A DNA stretch of 58,943 nt, filler included, from 4 parts of 4 records of this genome joined end to end with filler, not necessarily neighbours in it, one strand, 5' to 3'. Positions 27,010 to 37,220 are shown, counted from the first letter of the whole stretch. Made by a program: numbers and translations. The notes: a model not told the origin generated them from the sequence alone.

Positions 27010-28173
27010 TTACCCCGGAAGCCCAAGAACGCGTTTGGATAGGATCGACAGCATCACCTCGGATGTCCCGCCTTCGATAGAATTGGCTTTGGTACGCAAC
27101 CAATTGGGCGCACGCCCATCGTCCCATTCCAACGCATCTGCGCCACCGGCGGCCATCACAAGTTCAAGGCGTCGTTTGTTCAACTCGGTGCCCATGTATT
27201 TCAACATAGCCGAAGCATCGCCCGTGCCCTGCCCGGCCTCAGATTGATCCTTGTATCGTTCTAGCGTCAACTCGACCGCCAATGTGTCAACTTCGGCGCG
27301 CATCGCATCGCCGCGTAGGATCGGATCGCTAAGCCCCGTCTCACTATCAGCCAATACAGCGCCCAACGCACGACCGCCGCCCATTGAGCCACCACCTGCG
27401 GAAATCATCTCGCGTTCGTGGGTCAGTAGGTATTTCGCAACATCCCAACCCCGGTTGATTTCGCCAACAACCTGTTCCTTGGGAAAGGACACGTCGTCAA
27501 AAAACGTTTCGCAAAACGGGGAAACACCGGAAATCAGTTGGATTGGCCGCGTGGACACGCCGGGCGCTTCCATATCAATCAACACAAAAGAGATCCCTTT
27601 GTGTTTGGGCGCATCCTTATCAGTCCGAACCAGTGCAAAGATCCAATCCGCCTTGTTGGCGTATGAGGTCCAGATCTTTTGACCATTTACCAGCCAGTGA
27701 TCACCTTTGTCTTCACATTTGGTTTGGACATTGGCCAGATCCGACCCCGCACCCGGTTCAGAATACCCCTGACACCACCGCACCTCGCCCCGCGCAATTG
27801 GTGGGAGGTAGTGCAATTTTTGCTCGTGCGTTCCAAAGTGCAATAGTGCAGGACCAAGCATCCAGATGCCAAAGCTCTGCAGAGGATAACGGGCATCAAT
27901 CGCCGCCATTTCCTCGTGGAAAACCTTCTCTTGAGCCCGGCTCAGGCCTGCTCCGCCGTACTCTACCGGCCAAGTCGGCACCGTATACCCCTTGGTGACG
28001 CAGCGTTGTAACCAAGTACGCTGGTCATCTGACGTAAAGTCCCAGTTCTTTCCACCCCAGCAGATGCTAGCCTCGTCATTGCCCCCGTTACGCATCGACG
28101 CAGGGCAGTTTTGCTCAAGCCAGCCACGCAATTCGCTCCGAAATGCCTCAAGCTGATCAGCGTCCTCTGTCAT
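27010..28173 (-). CDS. Acyl-CoA dehydrogenase (PimC-like subunit)
   Basis: WCQGYSEPGAGSDLA, NGQKIWTS, LTHER, SIEGGTSEV. Confidence 0.92.
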   Translation of the reverse strand: MTEDADQLEAFRSELRGWLEQNCPASMRNGGNDEASICWGGKNWDFTSDDQRTWLQRCVTKGYTVPTWPVEYGGAGLSRAQEKVFHEEMAAIDARYPLQSFGIWMLGPALLHFGTHEQKLHYLPPIARGEVRWCQGYSEPGAGSDLANVQTKCEDKGDHWLVNGQKIWTSYANKADWIFALVRTDKDAPKHKGISFVLIDMEAPGVSTRPIQLISGVSPFCETFFDDVSFPKEQVVGEINRGWDVAKYLLTHEREMISAGGGSMGGGRALGAVLADSETGLSDPILRGDAMRAEVDTLAVELTLERYKDQSEAGQGTGDASAMLKYMGTELNKRRLELVMAAGGADALEWDDGRAPNWLRTKANSIEGGTSEVMLSILSKRVLGLPG

Positions 28174-28308
28174 GCTTCCTCCTACCCGCAAATACCTGTT
28201 TCGCTATGCAGAATTGCATTTCGAAATTCGGTTGACAACAGGCTGAGCGGTCCCAAGACTTCACGTCAAATGGCAGTACGGTGGATTTTTCACCAAGGAG
28301 ATTGACGA

Positions 28309-29304
28309 ATGAAAGCGATGTTGAGCGTGGCCGTAGGCGGCCCCGAAACACTTGAATTGACTGAAATGGCAGACCCTACCCCGGGCAAGGGAGAGCTATT
28401 GATCCGGGTTCGCGCAGCTGGCGTAAACTTTCCTGATACGCTGATGATCCGCGATCTGTATCAAATGAAACCCCAACGTCCCTTTGCCCCTGGGGGTGAG
28501 ATTGCAGGCGAGGTTCTAGCCATTGGCGAAGGTGTGACCGGGTTCGCCGAGGGGGATCGCATTTTGGCCCTGACGGGGCACGGTGGCTTTGTCACTCATC
28601 TGAACATCAAAGCCAGTGCAGCTGTCAAAATACCGGACTCAATGGCCTTTGAAGATGCTGCCTGTTTCATCTTCACCTACGGCACCTCGCACCATGCGCT
28701 CGAGGATCGCGCCCAAATCCAGCCCGGAGAAACGTTGCTGATCCTCGGCGCAGCTGGGGGTGTCGGTGCAGCCGCTATCGAACTGGGCAAGGCCGCCGGG
28801 TCTAAGGTCATCGCAGCAGTATCATCAGAGGAAAAAGCAGATTTCTGTCGCCAGATCGGTGCAGATGAAACCATCGTCTACCCGCGCGAGTTGGACCGCG
28901 ATGCACAACGTGCCTTGTCAGCTGAGATCAAGAAGCTATCTGGCGGCCAAGGGGTCGATGTCGTGTATGATGCTGTTGGAGGGGATTATGCTGAGCCCGC
29001 CCTGCGTGCCATGGCTTGGAAAGGGCGGTTCTTGGTCGTTGGCTTTCCTGCTGGCATCCCCAAAATTCCGTTGAACCTAACCTTGTTGAAAGGCAGCCAG
29101 ATTGTCGGTGTATTCTGGGGCGCATCCGTATTTCAGGAACCCAAAGGTCATGCCGAAAACATGGCGGACCTTTTCCGGCTCTATGCTGAGGGTAAGATCA
29201 AACCGCAGATTTCGGCGCGCTTCCCATTGGCTGAGGTCCCGCAAGCATTGGAGATGATGCAGGACCGCAAAGTGATGGGCAAAGTGGTTATTACGCTGGA
29301 CTAA
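28309..29304 (+). CDS. NADPH:quinone oxidoreductase (MDR / zeta-crystallin family)
   Basis: GVNFPD, PGGEIAG, GAAGGVG, VVGFPAG, GKVVI. Confidence 0.92.
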   Translation: MKAMLSVAVGGPETLELTEMADPTPGKGELLIRVRAAGVNFPDTLMIRDLYQMKPQRPFAPGGEIAGEVLAIGEGVTGFAEGDRILALTGHGGFVTHLNIKASAAVKIPDSMAFEDAACFIFTYGTSHHALEDRAQIQPGETLLILGAAGGVGAAAIELGKAAGSKVIAAVSSEEKADFCRQIGADETIVYPRELDRDAQRALSAEIKKLSGGQGVDVVYDAVGGDYAEPALRAMAWKGRFLVVGFPAGIPKIPLNLTLLKGSQIVGVFWGASVFQEPKGHAENMADLFRLYAEGKIKPQISARFPLAEVPQALEMMQDRKVMGKVVITLD

Positions 29305-29308
29305 AGGC

Positions 29309-29965
29309 TCAGGTGAGATGCGCGCAATCGTTAAAGCCCCGGACTTCCATTCGGTCGCCCAGGATAACCAGGCGGCTGATGGACCCATTCGCGGCCCCAT
29401 TGAACGCAAAAGGCGCGGCACCGCTGGCAATCGCCATCGCCGCGCCGATCACACCACCGTGGACAAACGCCGCAACCCGCTGATCCGCATGGTTCGCCGC
29501 AATGCGAAGCAAGCCAGCGCGCACGCGTTCGTGCAAAATAGCCGTCGTTTCCGCGCCCGGGATCTCGCCCCATTCTTGCCCCTCTTTGGCGCGCTGGAAT
29601 GCGGGGTCATTGTTTGCGGCTCGGACCCGGTATTCCCCACCATCCCAATCCCCCAAGAATACTTCGCGCAGGTCAGGCTCGATGATCGGCTCAATCCCCA
29701 GGTGCCCAGCCAAGGGTGCAGCCGTTTGATGGGTGCGAACCAACGTTGTGACGTACAGGGCTTCCAATGGTTCGGATTTCAATCGATGCCCCACGGCTAT
29801 TGCTTGAGCCTCACCATTGGCATGCAACGCTGGGTCGCCATGGCCACCCTTCAACGGAAAGTTCTCGCCGGGACGCGCGGGTTGGCTTTCACCGTGACGC
29901 ACCAACAAAAGATCCACGGCACCTTTGGGCGGTCGATAAACGTGCTGCCTGTATTCCTGAGCCAT
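29309..29965 (-). CDS. Histidine phosphatase family protein
   Basis: VRHGES, RTHQTA, LREVFLGDWDG, FVHGGVI, FNDCAHL. ATG 29965 has a GGGAGG RBS. Confidence 0.9.
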   Translation of the reverse strand: MAQEYRQHVYRPPKGAVDLLLVRHGESQPARPGENFPLKGGHGDPALHANGEAQAIAVGHRLKSEPLEALYVTTLVRTHQTAAPLAGHLGIEPIIEPDLREVFLGDWDGGEYRVRAANNDPAFQRAKEGQEWGEIPGAETTAILHERVRAGLLRIAANHADQRVAAFVHGGVIGAAMAIASGAAPFAFNGAANGSISRLVILGDRMEVRGFNDCAHLT

Positions 29966-30021
29966 CTTGGCCTCCCTCAATTTGTTTCCCGCATCCTGCG
30001 CAAAAGCTGAAAGGATTTGCA

Positions 30022-30846
30022 ATGACCACCCGAACCTTGGACACGGGCACCGATATGTTGCTGTGTTCAGTCACCGATCACGTTGCAACGATTACCTTGA
30101 ACAACCCTAAAAAACGCAATGCGTTGGGGGATGAGATGACCCCAGCCTTGCGCAGAATGCTGGCCGAGACGGAAGCGGACCCAGATGTTCGGGTGCTGGT
30201 TCTAACCGGATCCGAAGGTGCATTTTGTGCGGGCGGTGACATTACCAGCATGGGCAACGCCTTGGCTGGTGGACAATCCCCCGATGCAGATGGAATGATC
30301 CGACGCCTGCGCGAAGCGCAAAACACCTGCAGCTTGCGTTTGTATGAATATACCAAACCCACAATTGCCGCCCTACCCGGCCCAGCTGCCGGGGCTGGCA
30401 TGTCGATTGCTCTGGCCTGCGACATGCGGATCTGTGCGGCAAGTGGCTTTATGCTACCGGCCTTTGGGGCGATTGCACTCAGCGGTGATTTCGGTGGCAG
30501 TTGGCTGTTAAGCCACTACATCGGCCCTGCACGCGCCAAAGAGTTCTATTTTACCAACCGTAGAATTTCGCCCGAAGAAGGCATTGCCCTTGGCCTTTTC
30601 AACCGCTCGGTCGCAGACGAAGACTTAAACCGCGAAACCCACGCAATGGCTCAAGAGATTGCGAAATTTGCACCAATGGCCCTTCGGTACATGAAAGAAA
30701 ACCACAATCGTGCGCGGTCCGTCGATCTGCGCACTGCATTGGACATGGAAGCCGATCGGATGATCCGAACCATGCTTAGCGCGGACCACACCGAAGGCGC
30801 ACGCGCTTTTATGGAAAAACGGCAACCTGAATTCAAAGGACATTAA
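30022..30846 (+). CDS. Enoyl-CoA hydratase/isomerase family protein
   Basis: LNNPKKRNAL, FCAGGD, GPAAGAG, AFMEKRQPEFKG. Confidence 0.92.
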   Translation: MTTRTLDTGTDMLLCSVTDHVATITLNNPKKRNALGDEMTPALRRMLAETEADPDVRVLVLTGSEGAFCAGGDITSMGNALAGGQSPDADGMIRRLREAQNTCSLRLYEYTKPTIAALPGPAAGAGMSIALACDMRICAASGFMLPAFGAIALSGDFGGSWLLSHYIGPARAKEFYFTNRRISPEEGIALGLFNRSVADEDLNRETHAMAQEIAKFAPMALRYMKENHNRARSVDLRTALDMEADRMIRTMLSADHTEGARAFMEKRQPEFKGH

Positions 30847-30849
30847 GAC

Positions 30850-31854
30850 ATGCAGAACAGACAAATTGTTGTTGCTGAATTGCCAACAGGAACACTGACA
30901 GAGGCCAACTTCGCCCTCGAGAGCGCGCCTATGCCGACGCCAAAGGACAACGAGGTCTTGCTTCGCACCGTCCTGATGTCGATTGATGCCGCGAACCGGT
31001 CATGGATGCAGGGCGCAACCTATCGTGCTGCGGTCAAAGCTGGTGACGCAATGCCGACTTATTCGATCTGTGAAGTGATCGAAAGCAAATCTGACCGTTT
31101 TGCGGCTGGTGACGTCGTTGCGACCGAGTCCGTTTGGTCAGAATATGTCGTATGTCCTGCCCGACAGCTGCAAAGGCTGCCAGACATGACTCCGTTATCC
31201 AATTTGATGTCAGTCTATGGCATCGCTGGAAAAACAGCATTCCACGGGTTGGTCGGCGTTGGCAAACCTATCGCTGGTGAGACCGTATTGGTTTCGGCGG
31301 CGGCTGGATCTGTTGGCGGATATGTGGGGCAAATCGCCAAGGCGCTGGGCTGTCGTGTTGTTGGCATCGCGGGTGGACCCGAGAAATGCGCCAGCGTTGT
31401 GCAAGACCTTGGGTTTGATGCCTGTGTTGATTACCGAGATCCCGGCCTGTTCAAAGCGCTAAAAACCGCCTGTCCGGATGGCGTTGATATCTATTTCGAC
31501 AATGTTGGCGGCAAAGTTCTGGAAACAGCACTGTTCCACATGAATGAACGGGGACGCGTGGTGTGTTGTGGAGCAATCAGCCAATACGACACCAACAATG
31601 CAACGGGCCCTCGCAATTTGCCCGGACTTGTCGTGGTCAAGCGGCTGCGGATGGAGGGGTTCATCGTCATGGATTTCGCAGATCAGGATGCGACCGCCCT
31701 GCGTGCATTGAAACACTGGGTTTCGACAGGACAGATCAAAGTACAAGAAGACATCGTTGATGGGCTGGAAAACGCACCTGCAGCCTTGATCGGCCTGTTG
31801 GCCGGGCAAAACCGCGGCAAACGCATGGTTCGGGTCGCAGCAGACCCATCTTAA
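30850..31854 (+). CDS. NADP-dependent oxidoreductase (prostaglandin reductase/CurA-like MDR)
   Basis: SAAAGSVG, GIAGGPEKC, YFDNVGG, CGAISQY, GQNRGK. Confidence 0.92.
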   Translation: MQNRQIVVAELPTGTLTEANFALESAPMPTPKDNEVLLRTVLMSIDAANRSWMQGATYRAAVKAGDAMPTYSICEVIESKSDRFAAGDVVATESVWSEYVVCPARQLQRLPDMTPLSNLMSVYGIAGKTAFHGLVGVGKPIAGETVLVSAAAGSVGGYVGQIAKALGCRVVGIAGGPEKCASVVQDLGFDACVDYRDPGLFKALKTACPDGVDIYFDNVGGKVLETALFHMNERGRVVCCGAISQYDTNNATGPRNLPGLVVVKRLRMEGFIVMDFADQDATALRALKHWVSTGQIKVQEDIVDGLENAPAALIGLLAGQNRGKRMVRVAADPS

Positions 31855-31873
31855 CAGGCGAAAGGGAACGGAC

Positions 31874-32344
31874 ATGTCCGCGATAGACACAGCGCTTGCC
31901 GCAGAGGAATTGAAATTGAACACCGAAGTCGGCGTCGCCAACTGGATTACGGTTGATCAGGTTATGATTGATCAATTCGCCACGACGACTCAAGACCAGC
32001 AATGGATCCATATTGACCCAGACCGGGCAGCAACCGAGACACCGTTTGGCGGGGCGATTGCCCATGGGTTTTTAACCCTCTCGTTGGCCAGTCGCTTTGC
32101 ATATGACTGCTTTGACGCACACGACGGCCAAGTAATGGGGATCAACTATGGCTTTAACAAACTGCGTTTTCTTTCGCCGGTTCTTGCCGGATCAAGAGTT
32201 CGCGGTCGTTTCGTGCTTAAATCATTACGCAAACGCTCTGAGACCGAGTTGCTACGGGAACATCAGCTCACCATCGAAATCGAAGGCAAAGATACGCCGG
32301 CTTTGATTGCTGATTGGCTGGGTCTAAGCATTTTCGAAGCGTGA
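31874..32344 (+). CDS. MaoC-family (R)-enoyl-CoA hydratase/dehydratase
   Basis: DQQWIHID, IAHGFLTLSL, NYGFNKLRF. Confidence 0.92.
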   Translation: MSAIDTALAAEELKLNTEVGVANWITVDQVMIDQFATTTQDQQWIHIDPDRAATETPFGGAIAHGFLTLSLASRFAYDCFDAHDGQVMGINYGFNKLRFLSPVLAGSRVRGRFVLKSLRKRSETELLREHQLTIEIEGKDTPALIADWLGLSIFEA

Positions 32345-32485
32345 CCTTTGATCACCTCATTCAGAGAGGCGAATCTGTTCCTTATTAGCGTCACCTTCGA
32401 AGGAACACGCCCTCTTGTTGTCAGGAAATCTAGACAGATCCCATTCGAAATGCCTATGACAGCATAGAATGGGGAAATCGCTGTT

Positions 32486-32941
32486 ATGAATAGAATTTTG
32501 GTCTTGAACGGCCCGAATCTTAATCTGTTGGGGACTCGTCAACCCGAGGTGTACGGAAGCACGACACTTCGGGATGTGGAAACAGCCTGCAAGGCCCATG
32601 GAGAGCGATTGGGTTTCGCAGTTGAATGCATGCAGTCTAATCACGAGGGCGTATTGATCGACGCGATTCATGCCGCCAAAGGCGTTCAGGATGGCCTTAT
32701 CCTGAACGCTGGTGCCTACACCCATACGTCAATTGCCCTGATGGATGCCATCGCCTCTGTTGAATTGCCATTGATCGAGGTTCACTTGTCAAACATTCAC
32801 GCGCGCGAGCCCTTTCGCCACCGATCCTATATTGCGCCGGTAGCAGTTGGACAAATTTGCGGTTTTGGGGCGCATGGATATGCCCTGGCGCTGGACGCTT
32901 TAGTTAAGCATCTTGGAAAGACACAGTCCAATGACGCTTAG
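32486..32941 (+). CDS. aroQ: Type II 3-dehydroquinate dehydratase
   Basis: [48 protein letters not shown]. Confidence 0.97.
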   Translation: MNRILVLNGPNLNLLGTRQPEVYGSTTLRDVETACKAHGERLGFAVECMQSNHEGVLIDAIHAAKGVQDGLILNAGAYTHTSIALMDAIASVELPLIEVHLSNIHAREPFRHRSYIAPVAVGQICGFGAHGYALALDALVKHLGKTQSNDA

Positions 32942-33686
32942 TGAATACCTCCAGTTTATCAGTTACACGACCACGCTCGAAGAACTTTGGGCGGCGCACA
33001 CGGAACAGATGGCTGAGTATGGCTTTGATCGCCTTTTGTATGGCTGCACACAGCACCGTACAGAAACCTCGTTAGGGGATCCCGAAGATTTTGTGATCCT
33101 GACCAACCACAACCAGGACTATATCGACGGTTTTTTGCACTCTGGCCTGTACTTCCATGCCCCAATGCTCCGATGGGCCTTGGACAACGATGGTGCAGCG
33201 AGCTGGGCTATGATTGGGCGCATGATGTCCCAACAAGCCCTTGGGAAGAAAGAACAACAGGTTTACGATTTCAACCTGAGCAAGGGTGTAACCGTCGGCT
33301 ACACCGTGAGTTTTAATTCGGTTTCCTTACGGTCCAAGGGGGCCATCTCTCTTTGTGCTCAAGCTGGGATTTCACAAGAGGAAATCGACGCGATTTGGGC
33401 TGAGCGCGGCCAAGACATTTTGCTGATGAACAACGTCGCACACCTGAAGATTTTGACCTTGCCGTATAGTGCCCCTAATCGAGCCCTGACAAAGCGTCAG
33501 CGTGAAGCTTTGCAGTGGGTTGGCGACGGAAAGACAACACAAGATATTGCGCTGCTTATGGGGCTCACATCCGCCACCGTAGAAAAGCATCTAAGGTTGG
33601 CACGGGAATCTCTGTCGGTGGAAACAACCGCCCAAGCGGTTCTAAAAGCAGCGCTCCACAATCAAATGTTCATTGTGGAAGCTTGA
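32931..33686 (+). CDS. LuxR-family regulator (autoinducer-binding-like domain + HTH), no adjacent luxI
   Basis: C-terminal [36 protein letters not shown]-terminal ligand domain retains P71- and W85-equivalent residues. Confidence 0.9.
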   Translation: MTLSEYLQFISYTTTLEELWAAHTEQMAEYGFDRLLYGCTQHRTETSLGDPEDFVILTNHNQDYIDGFLHSGLYFHAPMLRWALDNDGAASWAMIGRMMSQQALGKKEQQVYDFNLSKGVTVGYTVSFNSVSLRSKGAISLCAQAGISQEEIDAIWAERGQDILLMNNVAHLKILTLPYSAPNRALTKRQREALQWVGDGKTTQDIALLMGLTSATVEKHLRLARESLSVETTAQAVLKAALHNQMFIVEA

Positions 33687-33698
33687 TCGGCTTTAAAT

Positions 33699-33751
33699 GC
33701 TCATTTTGGTAGCTTACCCAAGGTAAGGAATACATGACTACCAAAACGAGC
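33699..33751. promoter_or_regulatory. Nested inverted repeat downstream of luxR (candidate operator or terminator)
   Basis: GCTCATTTTGGTAG / CTACCAAAACGAGC (13 of 14 match) enclosing CTTACC-CAA-GGTAAG. Confidence 0.45.
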
Positions 33752-33778
33752 TTAGATTCAGCAATGTGTTAAAGTTCC

Positions 33779-33940
33779 GTGAGTGGTGGCTTTAGCCTGG
33801 GGACAAAGGGAAAGACCCCTGCGATTTCAGGGCACTCTTTCTTGTTCGGCGTTAAGTACGTATTGTTCCGTGCTTGCTCCGGAAAAAATTGAGGGGCTCC
33901 ATCCATCCCCATCGTTGGAGTCCCTCATCTCACCCCCTTT
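33779..33940 (+). ncRNA. Putative structured small RNA
   Basis: GAGTG..CACTC-closed multi-stem, then hairpin TGAGGGGCTCCA/TGGAGTCCCTCA with a C-rich loop (TCCATCCCCATCG). No credible ORF. Strand is a guess. Confidence 0.35.
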
Positions 33941-34006
33941 GTTGGAATTCTGGTCGTGTTTTTGCGGCTATTTTTTTGTGTCTGCCTTATCCAAGACTGA
34001 AAACAT

Positions 34007-34039
34007 AAAAAACCGGCTACAGTGACTGCAACCGGTTTT
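34007..34039 (-). terminator. Intrinsic terminator of tsf (probably bidirectional)
   Basis: AAAAAACCGG..CAG-TGA-CTG..CCGGTTTT, 50 bp past the tsf stop. Confidence 0.75.
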
Positions 34040-34089
34040 CCTAATTTTAAAAGCTATTTCGAAATGAGTGATAGCTGGATTAAGCAGGC

Positions 34090-34941
34090 TTAACCCTGAG
34101 CAACTTTTGCAACTTCGGCTGCAAAATCTTCTTCTTTTTTCTCGATGCCTTCGCCAACTTCGAGACGAACGAAGCCAGTGATTTCTGCGCCGGCTTCAGC
34201 AGCAGCTGCACCAACAGTCAGGTCAGGGTTCACAACGAACGCCTGGTTCAGAAGGGTCGCTTCGGCTACGAACTTCTTCATCCGGCCAACGATCATCTTT
34301 TCGATCACCTGCTCCGGCTTGCCGGATTCGCGGGCGATGTCCATCTGGACCTGCTTTTCTTTCTCGATGACGTCCGCGTCCATGTCAGCTTCGGACAGCG
34401 CGGCAGGGTTAACAGCGGCGATGTGCATCGCGATCTGTTTGCCCAGTGCGTCGTCGCCGCCTTTCAGCGCAACCAGAACACCGATTTTACCCATGCCTGC
34501 TGTCGCTGCGTTGTGCACGTAAGATACAACAACGTCGCCTTCCAGCGCGGCCATACGGCGCACGGACATGTTTTCACCAATAGTTGCGATCTTTGCAGTG
34601 ATGGTGTCTTCAACTGATTTGCCACCCATGTCAGCGGCTTTCAGCGCGTCGATGTCGGACACGCCCAGAGCGGCTGTAGCGATTCCAGCAACCATTTCCT
34701 GGAATTCGGCGTTCTTACCAACAAAGTCGGTTTCCGAGTTCACTTCGACGGCAACACCTTTGCCACCTTCAACGTTTACTGCAACCAAACCTTCGGCTGC
34801 GGTACGACCAGATTTCTTAGCCGCTTTGGCCAAACCTTTGGTGCGCAGCCAGTCAACCGCGGCTTCCATGTCGCCATTGGTTTCGGTCAGCGCTTTTTTC
34901 GCGTCCATCATGCCTGCGCCGGTGCTGTCGCGCAGTTCTTT
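34090..34941 (-). CDS. tsf: Translation elongation factor Ts (first few codons lost in gap)
   Basis: [47 protein letters not shown]. Confidence 0.98.
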   Translation of the reverse strand, partial: KELRDSTGAGMMDAKKALTETNGDMEAAVDWLRTKGLAKAAKKSGRTAAEGLVAVNVEGGKGVAVEVNSETDFVGKNAEFQEMVAGIATAALGVSDIDALKAADMGGKSVEDTITAKIATIGENMSVRRMAALEGDVVVSYVHNAATAGMGKIGVLVALKGGDDALGKQIAMHIAAVNPAALSEADMDADVIEKEKQVQMDIARESGKPEQVIEKMIVGRMKKFVAEATLLNQAFVVNPDLTVGAAAAEAGAEITGFVRLEVGEGIEKKEEDFAAEVAKVAQG

Positions 34942-35041
34942 NNNNNNNNNNNNNNNNNNNNNNNNNNNNNNNNNNNNNNNNNNNNTTAATTAATTAANNN
35001 NNNNNNNNNNNNNNNNNNNNNNNNNNNNNNNNNNNNNNNNN
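34942..35041. other. Artificial contig spacer
   Basis: N44-TTAATTAATTAA-N44. Confidence 0.99.
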
Positions 35042-35120
35042 ACTAACAAAAGCAAAAAACAAGCCGCCCGCCCAACACAACTGAACGAGCGGGAGGCGAA
35101 GTGCTCATGCTGTCTGCTCT

Positions 35121-37220
35121 TTAACGCGCAACTACAACGTCACGCCATACAATCTGGTCACCAACCAACAAACGCAATTTGTATGTGCCGGAAGCCAGAT
35201 CGGAAGTATCGACAGCAAAACTATGATCGCCGGCGTAGGCGTTTTTGGACGCTACCGTGTGCATGTGTGTGCCGTTAACCGCGTAAAGATCGAGCTGTAC
35301 ACGCTGTGTCTGCTCCAAATGTACGTCCACCAGGGAAAGCTGTGAGCTTGGGTTTGGTGAAAGCAGGCCAACGGTTTCAGCACCGCGAAGGTCGTTAACG
35401 CTGGAGACCGTTTCGCCAGAGAGATTAGCCTTGGCGGACGAGAATACAACACGATCGCCGAGACTTCCCTCTTCGTAGGTCACAAATGCAACCAGTTGGA
35501 TGTCCTGAGCTTTCCACTGGTCAGGCAGCGTAAAGCTGTAATCCTGTGTGAAGCCACTCTCCGGCTGATAGCCATTTTCCGGTTCGAGGAGGATTCCGCC
35601 ACTGCCGGTCGGTACGGCACGCAGGACGTGGTTGTGCACAAATCCAACGATAGGATTGCCGGCCTGATAATGTGGATGGCCCTGTTCGTTGTTGTAATAA
35701 TTTACCTGTGAGTATGCAGGATTGTTAGCATCGGAGACATTGTCTTCCAGAATGTAAATGTGCATGCGCATGTCGGCCGGTTCGTGATAATCTACGAACG
35801 TGGCTGTAGCACTGAACTTGGTCTCACGCGTGTCAGCATCGTACGTACCTTCCACAAATACGTTAAGCGGCGTGTAGTTGTTGATGCTCATGGCAACAGC
35901 ACCAAGCCACGCGCCGCGACTAAGTGGGATGCGCTCCTCACCTACAAACTGCTGACGATCTACGAGTGCCATTGGGAATGCAGGGCTGTAACGTTGAGTA
36001 AGTGCCGTTCCCTGTGGAATGATCATTGGATCAGTTGCGCTTCCTCCGTGAATCGCTACAGCGGAAACTGAAGGATGTTCGTCCAGAACTTGCTCTACAA
36101 TCAAGGCGCCAACACCGCAGTGCCCGCACCAGGTACCCGTGAACTCTTCAAGCAATACACGTTTGGTACCGCTGATGTCCAGGTAACCAAAGGTCTGAGC
36201 CATCATCGAATTGTTCTCGGCAATCTCATCCAGCTGTGCATCACCATTGATATTGGAGACGCTGACTTCGAGCGAGAGGACTTCACCAGGAGTGTTCATT
36301 GTCCACTCATAGTCATCAAGTGACCAGGTCTCATTGGAGACAAGGTTCAGGTCATTGAATGTGCGCGTCTCGTTGAAAGTATATCCGCCACTACCCGTGA
36401 TGTCAAGAGTGACGTCAAGAGAGTTAATTGTTTCATTTCCAGCGTTTTGGACCTTGGCATTAACCGGAATTGCGTCTTCGCTGATGACCATTTTATTGGG
36501 CAGCGTAAACTCAACAACAGTGGCGTCGTAGTCGCGATCCAGCGAGGAAAAACGGTAGACGAGCGGCTGTACACCAGGACCGGGCCATGTGAAATCCGGT
36601 GATGCGATCACCGCTGCCATGTCGCCGGCACCATTTTGCGCACCTGCCCCGGCATCAAAAACACCCAGGTAACGACCGTCGGTGTAGTTGATGTCGAACT
36701 TGCCGTTCTCATACAGAGCAATTGAAAAGGTCATGCGACGAATTGCAGATGGCGAAGTGTTTTCAGGTGAGACCAAGGTCCACTGGACAACGTGCACGCG
36801 CTCCGGTGCCACGCCATGTGTGGCGGAAATCACCTGATTACTGCCTTCGGCGCCACCTTCAGCAAGTCCAAGTGCGCCCCAGAAACCAAAAATCGCCGGG
36901 CGCGGAGCACTCGTCGACGGTAGACTGGTAGGCACGTTCATCGATGTTGTTTCATGCACATCAAAGCTGATGTAGCCGTTATCACTGATGCGATACTCTG
37001 TGTAAGACTCGCCGAAGAAGTTAAAGGCGAATGGCAGTACTTGAGGATCGCTCATGACATTGTCAAGCGGTGCCTGCATTACCACAGTTGGATTGTTTTG
37101 CAGTGCAATCATGTAGTCCGGCATTTGGGATACCTGATTGTAGAGATATCCCTGGCCGTAGGCCGCCGGAACACTCAAACACAAGGCCAACATCAAACAA
37201 GTTGTAAGACGTGTTTGCAT
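35121..37220 (-). CDS. Omp28-related secreted protein with thioredoxin-like CxxC and T9SS C-terminal sorting domain
   Basis: Signal peptide; VLLEEFTGTWCGHC; HNHVLRA; C-terminal PNPS..LYAVNG..LASGTY..VVAR typical of a T9SS type A CTD. Confidence 0.85.
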   Translation of the reverse strand: MQTRLTTCLMLALCLSVPAAYGQGYLYNQVSQMPDYMIALQNNPTVVMQAPLDNVMSDPQVLPFAFNFFGESYTEYRISDNGYISFDVHETTSMNVPTSLPSTSAPRPAIFGFWGALGLAEGGAEGSNQVISATHGVAPERVHVVQWTLVSPENTSPSAIRRMTFSIALYENGKFDINYTDGRYLGVFDAGAGAQNGAGDMAAVIASPDFTWPGPGVQPLVYRFSSLDRDYDATVVEFTLPNKMVISEDAIPVNAKVQNAGNETINSLDVTLDITGSGGYTFNETRTFNDLNLVSNETWSLDDYEWTMNTPGEVLSLEVSVSNINGDAQLDEIAENNSMMAQTFGYLDISGTKRVLLEEFTGTWCGHCGVGALIVEQVLDEHPSVSAVAIHGGSATDPMIIPQGTALTQRYSPAFPMALVDRQQFVGEERIPLSRGAWLGAVAMSINNYTPLNVFVEGTYDADTRETKFSATATFVDYHEPADMRMHIYILEDNVSDANNPAYSQVNYYNNEQGHPHYQAGNPIVGFVHNHVLRAVPTGSGGILLEPENGYQPESGFTQDYSFTLPDQWKAQDIQLVAFVTYEEGSLGDRVVFSSAKANLSGETVSSVNDLRGAETVGLLSPNPSSQLSLVDVHLEQTQRVQLDLYAVNGTHMHTVASKNAYAGDHSFAVDTSDLASGTYKLRLLVGDQIVWRDVVVAR

